Below are positions 52,945 to 61,109 of a stretch of DNA of 64,000 nt, piece by piece. The number at the start of each line of letters is the position of its first letter. Within the stretch, counting starts at the first letter, position 1. The translations under genes and the position numbers were made by a program. The notes beneath the pieces were generated by a model, which was not told where the DNA came from, did no database searches, and worked only from the letters and a program-made list of their open reading frames with translations. Source of the DNA: an uncultured Gemmatimonadales bacterium (GTDB lineage Bacteria > Gemmatimonadota > Gemmatimonadetes > Longimicrobiales > RSA9); NCBI GenBank assembly GCA_963816355.1, contig CAWFKH010000001.1:64001-128000 (forward strand), read 5' to 3'.

Positions 52945-52956
52945 GGCGTTCCGCGG

Positions 52957-53451
52957 CTACTCGCGGACCGCGTCCAGGTTGACCACGCGCTCGGCGAGTC
53001 GGGTGAGCCTGTGGTCGGTCTCACCCTCTTCGTCCAGCGTCTTCTGCAACAGCTCCGCCTGGTCCGAGAAGCCGAGCGTGTTCGCGTACGTGCGGGCGCA
53101 GCCGTAGCCGGCCATCTCGTAGTGCTCGACGCGCTGCGCCGCCGCGATGAGGCCCGCGTCCAGCGCGTCCGAGTCGCCCTTCGCCTTCAGCACCTGCTCA
53201 CCCTCGCGGATGATCCCCTTCATCGCCTCGCACTCCTGGCGCGACGCCTTCTCGCCGAGCTTCTCGAAAACCTGCTCCAGACGCCGCGTGTGGCCCTTCG
53301 TCTGGTCGAGGTGCTCGTTGAACGCCTCGCGCAACTCCGGGTGCTTCGCCGCACCAGCCATCTTCGGCAGCGCATCGACGATGCGGTTCTCGGCGTCGTA
53401 CAGGTCGCGCAGCTGCTCGGTGTAGAGCTGCTTCAGTGATTCCAGCTTCAT
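52957..53451 (-). CDS. Ferritin-like DUF892 protein (YciF-like)
   Basis: LRDLYDAE, ALPKM, HLDQT, CEAMKGII.EG, AAAQRVEHYEMAGYG, TLDEEGETD; GGAGG RBS. Confidence 0.93.
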   Translation of the reverse strand: MKLESLKQLYTEQLRDLYDAENRIVDALPKMAGAAKHPELREAFNEHLDQTKGHTRRLEQVFEKLGEKASRQECEAMKGIIREGEQVLKAKGDSDALDAGLIAAAQRVEHYEMAGYGCARTYANTLGFSDQAELLQKTLDEEGETDHRLTRLAERVVNLDAVRE

Positions 53452-53589
53452 GTGACTTCCTCCAGGCAGGATTCCAGAACGAAGAAGCCGCCGCAGGCTG
53501 TAACCGGCGACGGCCCCATGCTTCACGAATCGCGGCGTCCCGCCCCGTGAGCGGAACGCCGGGCGGCGAAGCCGCCGTCGTCTCAACCG

Positions 53590-53605
53590 TGCAAGAGCAA
53601 TACCG
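53590..53605 (-). promoter_or_regulatory. Putative sigma54 promoter of the DUF892 gene
   Basis: Minus strand CGGTATTGCTCTTGCA: GG-N8-TTGCA. Confidence 0.55.
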
Positions 53606-53610
53606 GGGGG

Positions 53611-54040
53611 CTCGCCGGGGCGGCGAGGGAAGCTCGCCCTGGCGGCGAGGGAAGCTCGCCTGGCGGCGAGGGGAGCTTCGCCTGGCGGCGAAGGGAAGCT
53701 CGCCTGGCGGCGAGGGGCCGCCTTCGGCGGGGAAGCTCGCCTGGCGGCGAGGGGCCGCCTTCGGCGGGGAAGCTCGCCTGGCGGCGAGGGGCCGCCTCCG
53801 GCGGGGAGGCTCGCCTGGCGGCGAGGGGCCGCCTTCGGCGGGGAAGCTCGCCTGGCGGCGAGGGGCCGCCTTCGGCGGGGAAGCTCGCCTGGCGGCGAGG
53901 GGCCGCCTCCGGCGGGGAGGCTCGCCTGGCGGCGAGGGGCCGCCTTCGGCGGGGAAGCTCGCCTGGCGGCGAGGGGCCGCCTCCGGCGGGGAGGCTCGCC
54001 TGGCGGCGAGGGGCCGCCTTCGGCGGGGAAGCTCGCCTGG
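53611..54040. repeat. Hairpin array A: 4 short single-hairpin units plus 9 x 37-bp tandem units
   Basis: Unit CTCGCCTGGCGGCGAGGGGCCGCCTTCGGCGGGGAAG starting at 53699, 53736 ... 53995; partial copy at 54032. Confidence 0.95.
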
Positions 54041-54056
54041 CAGCGGTCAGGGCCCG

Positions 54057-54581
54057 GGGCTTCCCTCGCGAAGCGAGCCTCCCCGGCCGAAGGCCGACCC
54101 CCGCGCGCAGCGCGGACCCCGCCGCAAGGCGGGCTTCCCTCGCGAAGCGAGCTTCCCCGGCCGAAGGCCGGCCCCCGCGCGCAACGCGGACCCCGCCGCA
54201 AGGCGGGCTTCCCTCGCGAAGCGAGCTTCCCCGGCCGAAGGCCGGCCCCCGCGCGCAACGCAGACCCCGCCGCAAGGCGGGCTTCCCTCGCGAAGCGAGC
54301 TTCCCCGGCCGAAGGCCGGCCCCCGCGCGCAACGCGGACCCCGCCGCAAGGCGGGCTTCCCTCGCGAAGCGAGCTTCCCCGGCCGAAGGCCGGCCCCCGC
54401 GCGCAACGCGGACCCCGCCGCAAGGCGGGCTTCCCTCGCGAAGCGAGCTTCCCCGGCCGAAGGCCGGCCCCCGCGCGCAACGCGGACCCCGCCGCAAGGC
54501 GGGCTTCCCTCGCGAAGCGAGCTTCCCCGGCCGAAGGCCGGCTCCCCTTGCCGAAGGCAAGCTTCCCCGGCCGGAGACCGG
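54057..54581. repeat. Hairpin array B: 6 x 74-bp tandem units plus partial and degenerate hairpins
   Basis: Unit GGGCTTCCCTCGCGAAGCGAGCTTCCCCGGCCGAAGGCCGGCCCCCGCGCGCAACGCGGACCCCGCCGCAAGGC at 54057, 54131, 54205, 54279, 54353, 54427; partial at 54501. Confidence 0.95.
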
Positions 54582-54583
54582 CT

Positions 54584-55024
54584 TCACGCAATCTCCAGCG
54601 CCTCCGTGCGCTCCTTCAGCGCTTCGTTCATCTCCTCGAAGCCCTCGATCAGCGGTCGGCGGACGACGGCGCTGAGGAAGGGGACGCCGATGCCGATGAA
54701 ACGCTCGCGCTGGACGAACCGGACGCTGACGTCGCCGATCGGCTCGATCGCGAAGACGTGTTCGCCGTCGAAGAAGCCGGGCAGCAGGAGCTGTCCGATC
54801 CAGCGCAACTCGCGACCGGGATCGAAGTGGATGATGCGGGGGCGCACCTCGATGGAGCGGAAGCGGGGCAGGTCGAGCCGGACGTGCAGCTGCGATCCCT
54901 TCTCCGCGCGCCCCTCGACGAGCCGGATGAACGGATTCCACGCGGGGTACGCGTCGAAGTCCGTGAGGATGCTCCACACCCGCGCGGCGGGGGCGTCGAT
55001 CTGGATGTCGGTACGGATCTCCAT
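54584..55024 (-). CDS. SRPBCC (polyketide cyclase/dehydrase-like) protein
   Basis: IQIDAPAARVWSILTDFDAYPAWNPFI, ELRW.G, FDGEHVF, FEEMNEALK; GAGGAG RBS. Confidence 0.9.
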   Translation of the reverse strand: MEIRTDIQIDAPAARVWSILTDFDAYPAWNPFIRLVEGRAEKGSQLHVRLDLPRFRSIEVRPRIIHFDPGRELRWIGQLLLPGFFDGEHVFAIEPIGDVSVRFVQRERFIGIGVPFLSAVVRRPLIEGFEEMNEALKERTEALEIA

Positions 55025-55147
55025 GGCTCTCCTCGTCTGCCCTGCACTACCCCGCCCGGACCCGCCCTGGTTTCAAGCGACGCCGCACGGCCGCGCTCCC
55101 GGCATCCACGCGTCGGCGCCGGCGCGTCGGCGCCCGCCGGGCTCGGC

Positions 55148-56035
55148 TCAGGCGAGGGAGCGGAGCAGCTCGATCATGCGGACATCCCACGGGTCGGGGG
55201 TCGGGTCGTCGGCGCCGACGTCGGTCTCCTTCTGCGGCGTCTCGAGGATGAGCGGGATCCCGGCGGCGCGGCGGTCGTGGAGCAGCCAGCCGAACGGCTC
55301 GGCGCCGATCATGCCCTCGCCGATCAGCGCGTGCCTGTCACGGTTCGAGCCCAGATCGCCTTCGCTGTCGTTCAGGTGGAAGAACGACGGCGGCTCCCCG
55401 GTCTGCTCTTCGAAGGCGTCGAGCACCTCCGCGAGCGCGGCGCGCGAAGAGGCGATGTCGTAGCCCGACGCATAAAGATGGCAGGTGTCGAGGCCGTAGC
55501 CGGCGCGGGCACGGTGCTTCGCCGGGATCGCGCCGAGGATCGCCGCCACCTCCTCCGGCGTGCGGCCGACGGTGCGACCGGCGCCGGCGGTGTTCTCGAC
55601 CAGCAGCCGGGTCGGTCCGTCGACGGCCGCGAGCGCGTCGGACATCGCGCGCGCGACGCGCTCGAGCGCCGCGCCGGTGTCACCCCCCCGCGCCGAGCCG
55701 GGGTGGAAGCAGACGGCGCCGATCCCGAGCGTGGTCGAGCGCTCGAGCTCCTTGGCCAGGCCGGCCGCGGCGCGCGCGTACTTGGCGTCGTCCGACGTCG
55801 CGACGTTCAGCACGTACGCGGCGTGCGCCATCACGTGGGCCGGCGAGAGGCCGGTCTGCTCGAGCGCCGCGCGGAACCGCTCCACGCGCTCGGGACGGAT
55901 CGAGGAGCGGTCGCCGTAGAACTTCGGGATCGCGGTGAAGATCTGGAGCGCCGACATGCCGGCGGCGGCCGCGCGGCGCGCCGCCATGTCGATGCCGCCG
56001 TTGTCGATCGTGTGCGCGCCGAGGATTCGCTGCAT
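55148..56035 (-). CDS. nfo: Endonuclease IV
   Basis: LGAH, LQIFT, HAAYVLNVA, FHPGS, LVENTAG, LDTCHLYASGY, FHLNDS, DRH..IGEG, LILETP. Confidence 0.93.
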   Translation of the reverse strand: MQRILGAHTIDNGGIDMAARRAAAAGMSALQIFTAIPKFYGDRSSIRPERVERFRAALEQTGLSPAHVMAHAAYVLNVATSDDAKYARAAAGLAKELERSTTLGIGAVCFHPGSARGGDTGAALERVARAMSDALAAVDGPTRLLVENTAGAGRTVGRTPEEVAAILGAIPAKHRARAGYGLDTCHLYASGYDIASSRAALAEVLDAFEEQTGEPPSFFHLNDSEGDLGSNRDRHALIGEGMIGAEPFGWLLHDRRAAGIPLILETPQKETDVGADDPTPDPWDVRMIELLRSLA

Positions 56036-56073
56036 TCGACTGACCGTCAGGGTGCCACCGAGCGCCGCGGATC

Positions 56074-56646
56074 CTACCGGTGGTAGTACGGGTTCTCGCC
56101 GGAGTCGTGGTCGGTGATGTCGACGATCTCGCCGATCTCGGGCACCGCCTGGCGCAGCATCCGCTCGACGCCCTGGCGCAGCGTCACGCGCGCCATGCCG
56201 CACCCCTGGCAGCCGCCGCTCATCTCGAGAAAGACAGTCGTGTCCTCGACGTCCACCAGCGCGATCTCGCCGCCGTGGGCCGCGATCCCCGGGTTGATCT
56301 GCGTCTCGATCACGTGGGCGACGCGGTCGGCGAGCGGGCCGTGCGGCCGCGCCCCGTTCTGGCGCACCGGCTCCGGCTGGCGCACGAGGAAGCCGGAGCC
56401 CTCGGGGCCGTCGACGTAGTCTATCGTCCGGCCCTGCACGAGCTGCAGGCTCTCACCCGCGACGTACACCTTGAAGTCGCCCTGGTTGATCGCGATGTCG
56501 CCGGGCTCCTTCTCGTCGACGAGCGCCAGCTCGTACTCCGGCGCGATCGGGCTGCCGCCCGCGCACGTGATGCGCAGCGCCGCCCCCTCCATCTGCGAAG
56601 AGAGCGACACGATCGTCGTACGCGCGGCGTCGGTGAACGTCAGCAT
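56074..56646 (-). CDS. nfuA: Fe-S cluster biogenesis protein NfuA
   Basis: Degenerate A-type carrier N-domain plus INPGIAAHGG...GGCQGC...DITDHDSGENPYY. Confidence 0.9.
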   Translation of the reverse strand: MLTFTDAARTTIVSLSSQMEGAALRITCAGGSPIAPEYELALVDEKEPGDIAINQGDFKVYVAGESLQLVQGRTIDYVDGPEGSGFLVRQPEPVRQNGARPHGPLADRVAHVIETQINPGIAAHGGEIALVDVEDTTVFLEMSGGCQGCGMARVTLRQGVERMLRQAVPEIGEIVDITDHDSGENPYYHR

Positions 56647-56807
56647 CGGGCTCCATCCCATCCGTTTCCGGTAGCTTGCGGATTCCGTCGGCGCAGCACA
56701 ATACCCCGCCGTCCGGACGCCGTTCGGTGCCCTCCCCCGCGTCCGTGGCGCGCGGGATGCGTCCGCCGCGCGGAACCCCGAGCCGCTCCGGCCGGGTTCG
56801 GCGTTCG

Positions 56808-56871
56808 TACGGCGGAGCGCCGCATTCATCCGGCGAGGCGCCGCATGAGTACGGCGAAGCGCCGCGAAGCG
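56808..56871. repeat. Three 21-bp-period mini-hairpins (CGGCG-NNG-CGCCG)
   Basis: Units at 56808, 56829 and 56850 between divergent nfuA and DoxX. Confidence 0.7.
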
Positions 56872-56897
56872 CTCGAGAGAGGCAGGAGAGGTCGGCG

Positions 56898-57329
56898 ATG
56901 TTCGGCAGGTTCACGAAATTCGAGAAGGTCGCGCTCATCCTCTTCCGGGTAGCGGTCGGCGCGCTCTTCATGCAGCACGGAGGACAGAAGCTCTTCGGCT
57001 GGTTCGGCGGCCTCGGTGGAGGCGGAGCCACGGCGCCGATCCTGACACGCTTCGGCGTGGCCGGCGTGCTCGAGTTCTTCGGGGGTTTGCTGATCGTGCT
57101 CGGCCTTCTGACGCGGCCGGCGGCGCTCCTCCTCGCGGCCGAGATGCTCATCGCCTACATCCTGGCGCACGCCCCGCGCGGCGCCGTGCCGCTCACCAAC
57201 CGCGGCGAGCTGGCGCTGCTCTACCTCTTCTGCTTCCTCTACATCGCCGCGCGCGGCGCCGGCGTGTTGAGCCTGGACGCGGTGCTCTTCCGGCGCGGCG
57301 ATCGCGGGAGCGCCGCGGGCGGCGAATGA
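56898..57329 (+). CDS. DoxX-family membrane protein
   Basis: RVAVGALFMQHGGQKL, EFFGGLLIVLGLLTR, GELALLY, GAGVLSLD; AGGAG RBS. Confidence 0.92.
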   Translation: MFGRFTKFEKVALILFRVAVGALFMQHGGQKLFGWFGGLGGGGATAPILTRFGVAGVLEFFGGLLIVLGLLTRPAALLLAAEMLIAYILAHAPRGAVPLTNRGELALLYLFCFLYIAARGAGVLSLDAVLFRRGDRGSAAGGE

Positions 57330-57339
57330 GCGCGCGGTC

Positions 57340-58611
57340 TCAGTGGCCGCGCATCCGCTCGGCGTCGGCGACGCGGCGCAGCGCGATCGCGTAGGCCGCG
57401 GTGCGCAGCGGAACCGAGCGGCCGCGAGCGAGCTCGGTCACGGCGCGGTACGCTTCGACCATCTTCTGCTCGAGCGCTTCGTTCACGCGCTCGAGCGGCC
57501 AGCGGATCTGCTGCAGGTTCTGCGTCCATTCGAAGTAGGAGACCACCACGCCGCCGGCGTTGGCGAGGAAGTCCGGGAGAACGGGGATGCGCCGCGCCTC
57601 GAGGACCTTGTCCGCGATCGGCGTGGTGGGACCGTTGGCGGCTTCGACGACCATCTTGCAGTCGAGGTCGTCGACGTTGCCTTCCTTCGTGATGACGCCG
57701 CCGAGCGCCGCCGGCACGAGGAAGTCGCACGGGATGCGCCAGAGCTGGTCGTTGCTGACCGCGTCCGCACTCGCGAAGCCGGCGACGGTGCCGGCCTCGC
57801 CGGCGTGCTCGAGCAGCGCGGGGATGTCGAGACCGTCGTCGGCATAGACGCCGCCGTCGACGTCGGTGACGGCGAGGACGCGGACGCCGCGGGCGTGGAG
57901 CTCGGAGGCGAGATTGCTGCCGACGTTGCCGAAGCCCTGGATCACGGCGCTCGCACCCTTCCACGGCAAGCCGTAGTCGCGCGCCGCCTCGCGCATGACG
58001 ATCGCGGCGCCACGGCCGGTGGCGGCCTCGCGGCCGAGCGAGCCGCCGAGCTCGATCGGCTTGCCGGTGACGATCGCAGGCGTATAGCCGCGCCTGGCGC
58101 TGTACTCGTCCATCATCCACGCCATCGTCTGGCCGTTCGTGCCCATGTCCGGTGCGGGGATGTCGCGGTACGGCCCGAGCAGGATGGCGATGCGGCTGGT
58201 GAACTTGCGCGTGAGCCGCTCCAGCTCGGTGGCGGAGAGCGCGCGCGGGTCGACGTTGATCCCTCCCTTGGCCCCGCCGAACGGCAGGTCCAGCAGCGCC
58301 GTCTTCCACGTCATCAGCGCCGCCAGCCCGCGGACCTCGTCGAGATCGACGGAGGGGTGGAAGCGGATGCCCCCCTTCGTCGGGCCGCGCGCGCCGTTGT
58401 GCTGGATGCGGTAGCCCATGAACGAGCGGACGGTGCCGTCGTCCATGAGCAGCGGCACCTGCACCGCGATCTCCCGGAACGGCACGCGCAGGATGATGCG
58501 CATCGACGCGTCGAGCCCGAGCAGGTCGGCGGCGTCCTCGAACTGCGTGGCGATGATGCCGCCGGTCGAGATCGGCTGGCTCGGCACGGTGGGTACGGTC
58601 GCGGCTTCCAT
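57340..58611 (-). CDS. gdhA: Glutamate dehydrogenase (Glu/Leu/Phe/Val family)
   Basis: GPTKGGIRF, MTWK, PFGGAKGG, DIPAPDMGT, VTGKP, ATGRG, QGFGNVG, EAANGP, NAGGVVVSYFEW. Confidence 0.95.
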   Translation of the reverse strand: MEAATVPTVPSQPISTGGIIATQFEDAADLLGLDASMRIILRVPFREIAVQVPLLMDDGTVRSFMGYRIQHNGARGPTKGGIRFHPSVDLDEVRGLAALMTWKTALLDLPFGGAKGGINVDPRALSATELERLTRKFTSRIAILLGPYRDIPAPDMGTNGQTMAWMMDEYSARRGYTPAIVTGKPIELGGSLGREAATGRGAAIVMREAARDYGLPWKGASAVIQGFGNVGSNLASELHARGVRVLAVTDVDGGVYADDGLDIPALLEHAGEAGTVAGFASADAVSNDQLWRIPCDFLVPAALGGVITKEGNVDDLDCKMVVEAANGPTTPIADKVLEARRIPVLPDFLANAGGVVVSYFEWTQNLQQIRWPLERVNEALEQKMVEAYRAVTELARGRSVPLRTAAYAIALRRVADAERMRGH

Positions 58612-58708
58612 CGGCGCTCCCCGTCTGAGGCGGTCGTCGCAGGAGGATGCGCGGCCGGCGGGCGGGCGTCAATGCGACGACGGCCGGGCCGCGCGCCGCG
58701 TCTTCCGC

Positions 58709-59449
58709 TCAGTCCGTCGGACCGTCGACCTCTTCCAGGCGGCGGCACGCCTCCGCGAGGCGCTCCGGCGTGCCGATGTCGATCCAGAACGCGTCGCCGA
58801 TCGGATGCGGCCGGATCGTCGCGCCCTCGCCCGCCAGGCGAAGGTAGCTTTCGACGATCGAGAAGACGCCGCGTTCCGTGATGCGCTCGAGCAGCTCCGG
58901 CGACACCACGTGCACGCCGCAGAAGGCATACTCGCGCGTCGCTCCCCGCGGCTCGCGCGCCGTCCGCTCCTCGCCGCTTCGCCGGTCGCGCCAGCCGAAG
59001 AGACCGGCGTCGTCGAAACGCAGCACGCGCCGCGACCGCCGCTCGTTCACCGCGAGCGTGGCGAGCGCGTCGGCGCGCGCGTGCGCGGCCAGCATCGGTG
59101 CCAGCGGAAAGGTGGTCAGCACGTCCGTGTTGTGGAGCAGGATCGGTCCGTCGCGCCGCAGCAGCGGCGCCGCGTGCAGCAGGCCCCCGCCGGTCTCGAG
59201 CGGCCGCTCCGGCTCGCGCGAGAAGAGCACCTCCACGCCGAAGCCGTCGCGCTCGGCCACGTAGCCTTCGATCTGGAGCGCGTGGCGGTGGACGTTGACC
59301 ACGATGCGGTCCGCGCCCGCCGCGACCACGCGGCGCGCGACGCGTTCGATCATCGGCGTCGGCCCGATCCCGATCAGCGCCTTCGGCACGGTGTCCGTGA
59401 TCGGCCGCAGCCGCGTGCCGAGTCCCGCCGCGAAGAGGAGCGCATCCAT
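58709..59449 (-). CDS. Nucleotidyltransferase, MurU-like (MurNAc-1-P uridylyltransferase)
   Basis: LFAAGLGTRLRPITDTVPKAL, VNVH, LETGGGL, HNTDV, WIDIGTPERL; coupled to the upstream kinase (TGATG overlap). Confidence 0.88.
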   Translation of the reverse strand: MDALLFAAGLGTRLRPITDTVPKALIGIGPTPMIERVARRVVAAGADRIVVNVHRHALQIEGYVAERDGFGVEVLFSREPERPLETGGGLLHAAPLLRRDGPILLHNTDVLTTFPLAPMLAAHARADALATLAVNERRSRRVLRFDDAGLFGWRDRRSGEERTAREPRGATREYAFCGVHVVSPELLERITERGVFSIVESYLRLAGEGATIRPHPIGDAFWIDIGTPERLAEACRRLEEVDGPTD

Positions 59450-60894
59450 CACGACGCGCCCGGCCACGTCGGCTCCTCGCGGTGCGTCACGCGCGCCGCG
59501 ACACCGAGGTCGCGCTCGAGGTGGCGGCGCATGCGCTCGGCGAGATAGACGGAGCGGTGCTGGCCGCCGGTGCAGCCGAACATCACGGTGAGCGAGCGGA
59601 ACCCGCGGCGGAGGTACTCCTCGACCTGCGCGTCGACGAGGGCCGTGACGGAGTCCCAGAAGCGCGCGACCTCGGGCGCCGCCTCGAGGAAGCGGACGAC
59701 GGCATCGTCGCGGCCGCACAACTCGCGGTATTCGAGCTGCCGCCCCGGATTCGGCAGGCCCCGGCAGTCGAAGACGAAGCCGCCGCCGTGGCCGCCCCGG
59801 TCCTGCGGATAGCCGCGGCCGTAGGCGAAGCTGCCGACGTGCACCGTCAGGGCGCCGCCGTCGCCGCCATCCGCGTCGGCGCCGGCCCACTCGCGCGCGA
59901 TGCGGCCGAAGACGCGCTCGAGCTCCGGCAGGCGCAGCGGCAGGCCGTGCTCGACCATGACGGCGAGGTTGCGCGCGGCGAACGGGACACTCTCGAGGAA
60001 GCGCGGCTTGCGCTCGAAGAAGCCGCGGTAGCCGTAGGCGCCCATCGCCTGCAGGATGCGGATCAGGACGAAGCCGCGGTACAGCTCGAGGAAGCGGTCG
60101 CGGTCGACGGGCAGGAGGGCCGCAAGCGCGTCGAGGTAGTGGGCCAGGAGCCGCTCGCGCACCGCCTCCGGGATGTCCGCTTTGGCGTCGTAGAGCAGCG
60201 AGGCGAGGTCGTATTGCAGCGCGCCGCGGCGACCGCCCTGATAGTCGATGAACCAGGGACCGTCGTCGCGCAGCATGACGTTGCGGGACTGGAAGTCGCG
60301 ATAGAGGAAGTGGTCCGCGTCCGCCTCGAGCAGGAAATCCGTGAGGCGCTCGAAGTCCTCCTCCAGTCGCGCCTCGCTGAACGGCACGTGCGCCAGCTTG
60401 AGGAAGTGGTACTTGAAGTAGTTCAGGTCCCACTGGATCGACTGGCGGTCGAAGGCGGAGCGCGGGTAGGCGACGCCGTAGTCGACGCTGCGGCCGCCGA
60501 GCACCTGGAATCGCGGCAGCTCCTCGACCACGCGCAGGTAGTGCGGCACGATCGATTCCGGGAAGCGGCCGCCCTCCCGCTCGCGGGCGACCGAGAGGGC
60601 GTCGAAGAGCGTGGTGTCGCCCAGGTCCTCCTCCAGCCACACGCCCGCCTCCTCGTCCACACCGTAGATGCTGGGGACGCGCAGGCCGGCGCCGCGAAAG
60701 CAGCGGGAGTAGGAGAGGAACGCCCGGTTCTCCTCGCGGTCCGGCCCGATCGCGCCGACGGCGGTCGACCAGTCGCCGCCGATCAACCGGAAATACGTGC
60801 GGCTCGAGCCGTCGCCGGCGATCTCGACGATCGCCGCCGGCGCGGCGCCGAAGCGCTCCACGAAGAGCCTGGAGATGCGGTCGCGCAGAGTCAC
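59449..60894 (-). CDS. AmgK-like phosphotransferase fused to a RapZ C-terminal domain
   Basis: GDGSSRTYFR, EDLGD, YRDFQSRNVM, IDYQG, YDLASLL; then GGGFVFDCRGLPNPG and FGCTGGQHRSVY. Start placed at GTG 60894. Confidence 0.88.
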   Translation of the reverse strand: MTLRDRISRLFVERFGAAPAAIVEIAGDGSSRTYFRLIGGDWSTAVGAIGPDREENRAFLSYSRCFRGAGLRVPSIYGVDEEAGVWLEEDLGDTTLFDALSVAREREGGRFPESIVPHYLRVVEELPRFQVLGGRSVDYGVAYPRSAFDRQSIQWDLNYFKYHFLKLAHVPFSEARLEEDFERLTDFLLEADADHFLYRDFQSRNVMLRDDGPWFIDYQGGRRGALQYDLASLLYDAKADIPEAVRERLLAHYLDALAALLPVDRDRFLELYRGFVLIRILQAMGAYGYRGFFERKPRFLESVPFAARNLAVMVEHGLPLRLPELERVFGRIAREWAGADADGGDGGALTVHVGSFAYGRGYPQDRGGHGGGFVFDCRGLPNPGRQLEYRELCGRDDAVVRFLEAAPEVARFWDSVTALVDAQVEEYLRRGFRSLTVMFGCTGGQHRSVYLAERMRRHLERDLGVAARVTHREEPTWPGAS

Positions 60895-61109
60895 TTCTCG
60901 CTGCGTGTCCTGAGTGGGGAGGTCCGCCGTCGCTCCCGGTGCACGATGCGCACCACGGCCGAGGTGCGCCAGCGGCGCCGCCGCGACCGCCGCCGCGAGC
61001 GCGGCGACGAAGCCTTGCGCGCCGTGACGCATCGGCGCCTATTCGAAGGAGTCTCCGCGGACACGCGACGGTCCCGGAATCCCCTCCGCCGAACACCAGC
61101 AGATCGCCG

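Noticed and set aside
53611..54581. CRISPR array (37-bp period, palindromic units)
   Set aside because: Units are contiguous with no unique spacers, and there are no cas genes in the window.
53436..55463. Long repetitive ORFs across the arrays (53436..55463, 53583..54977 and the extension of 52957..54591)
   Set aside because: Stop-free only because of GC-rich repeats; 37- and 74-bp units are not multiples of three; the real DUF892 start has its own RBS at 53451.
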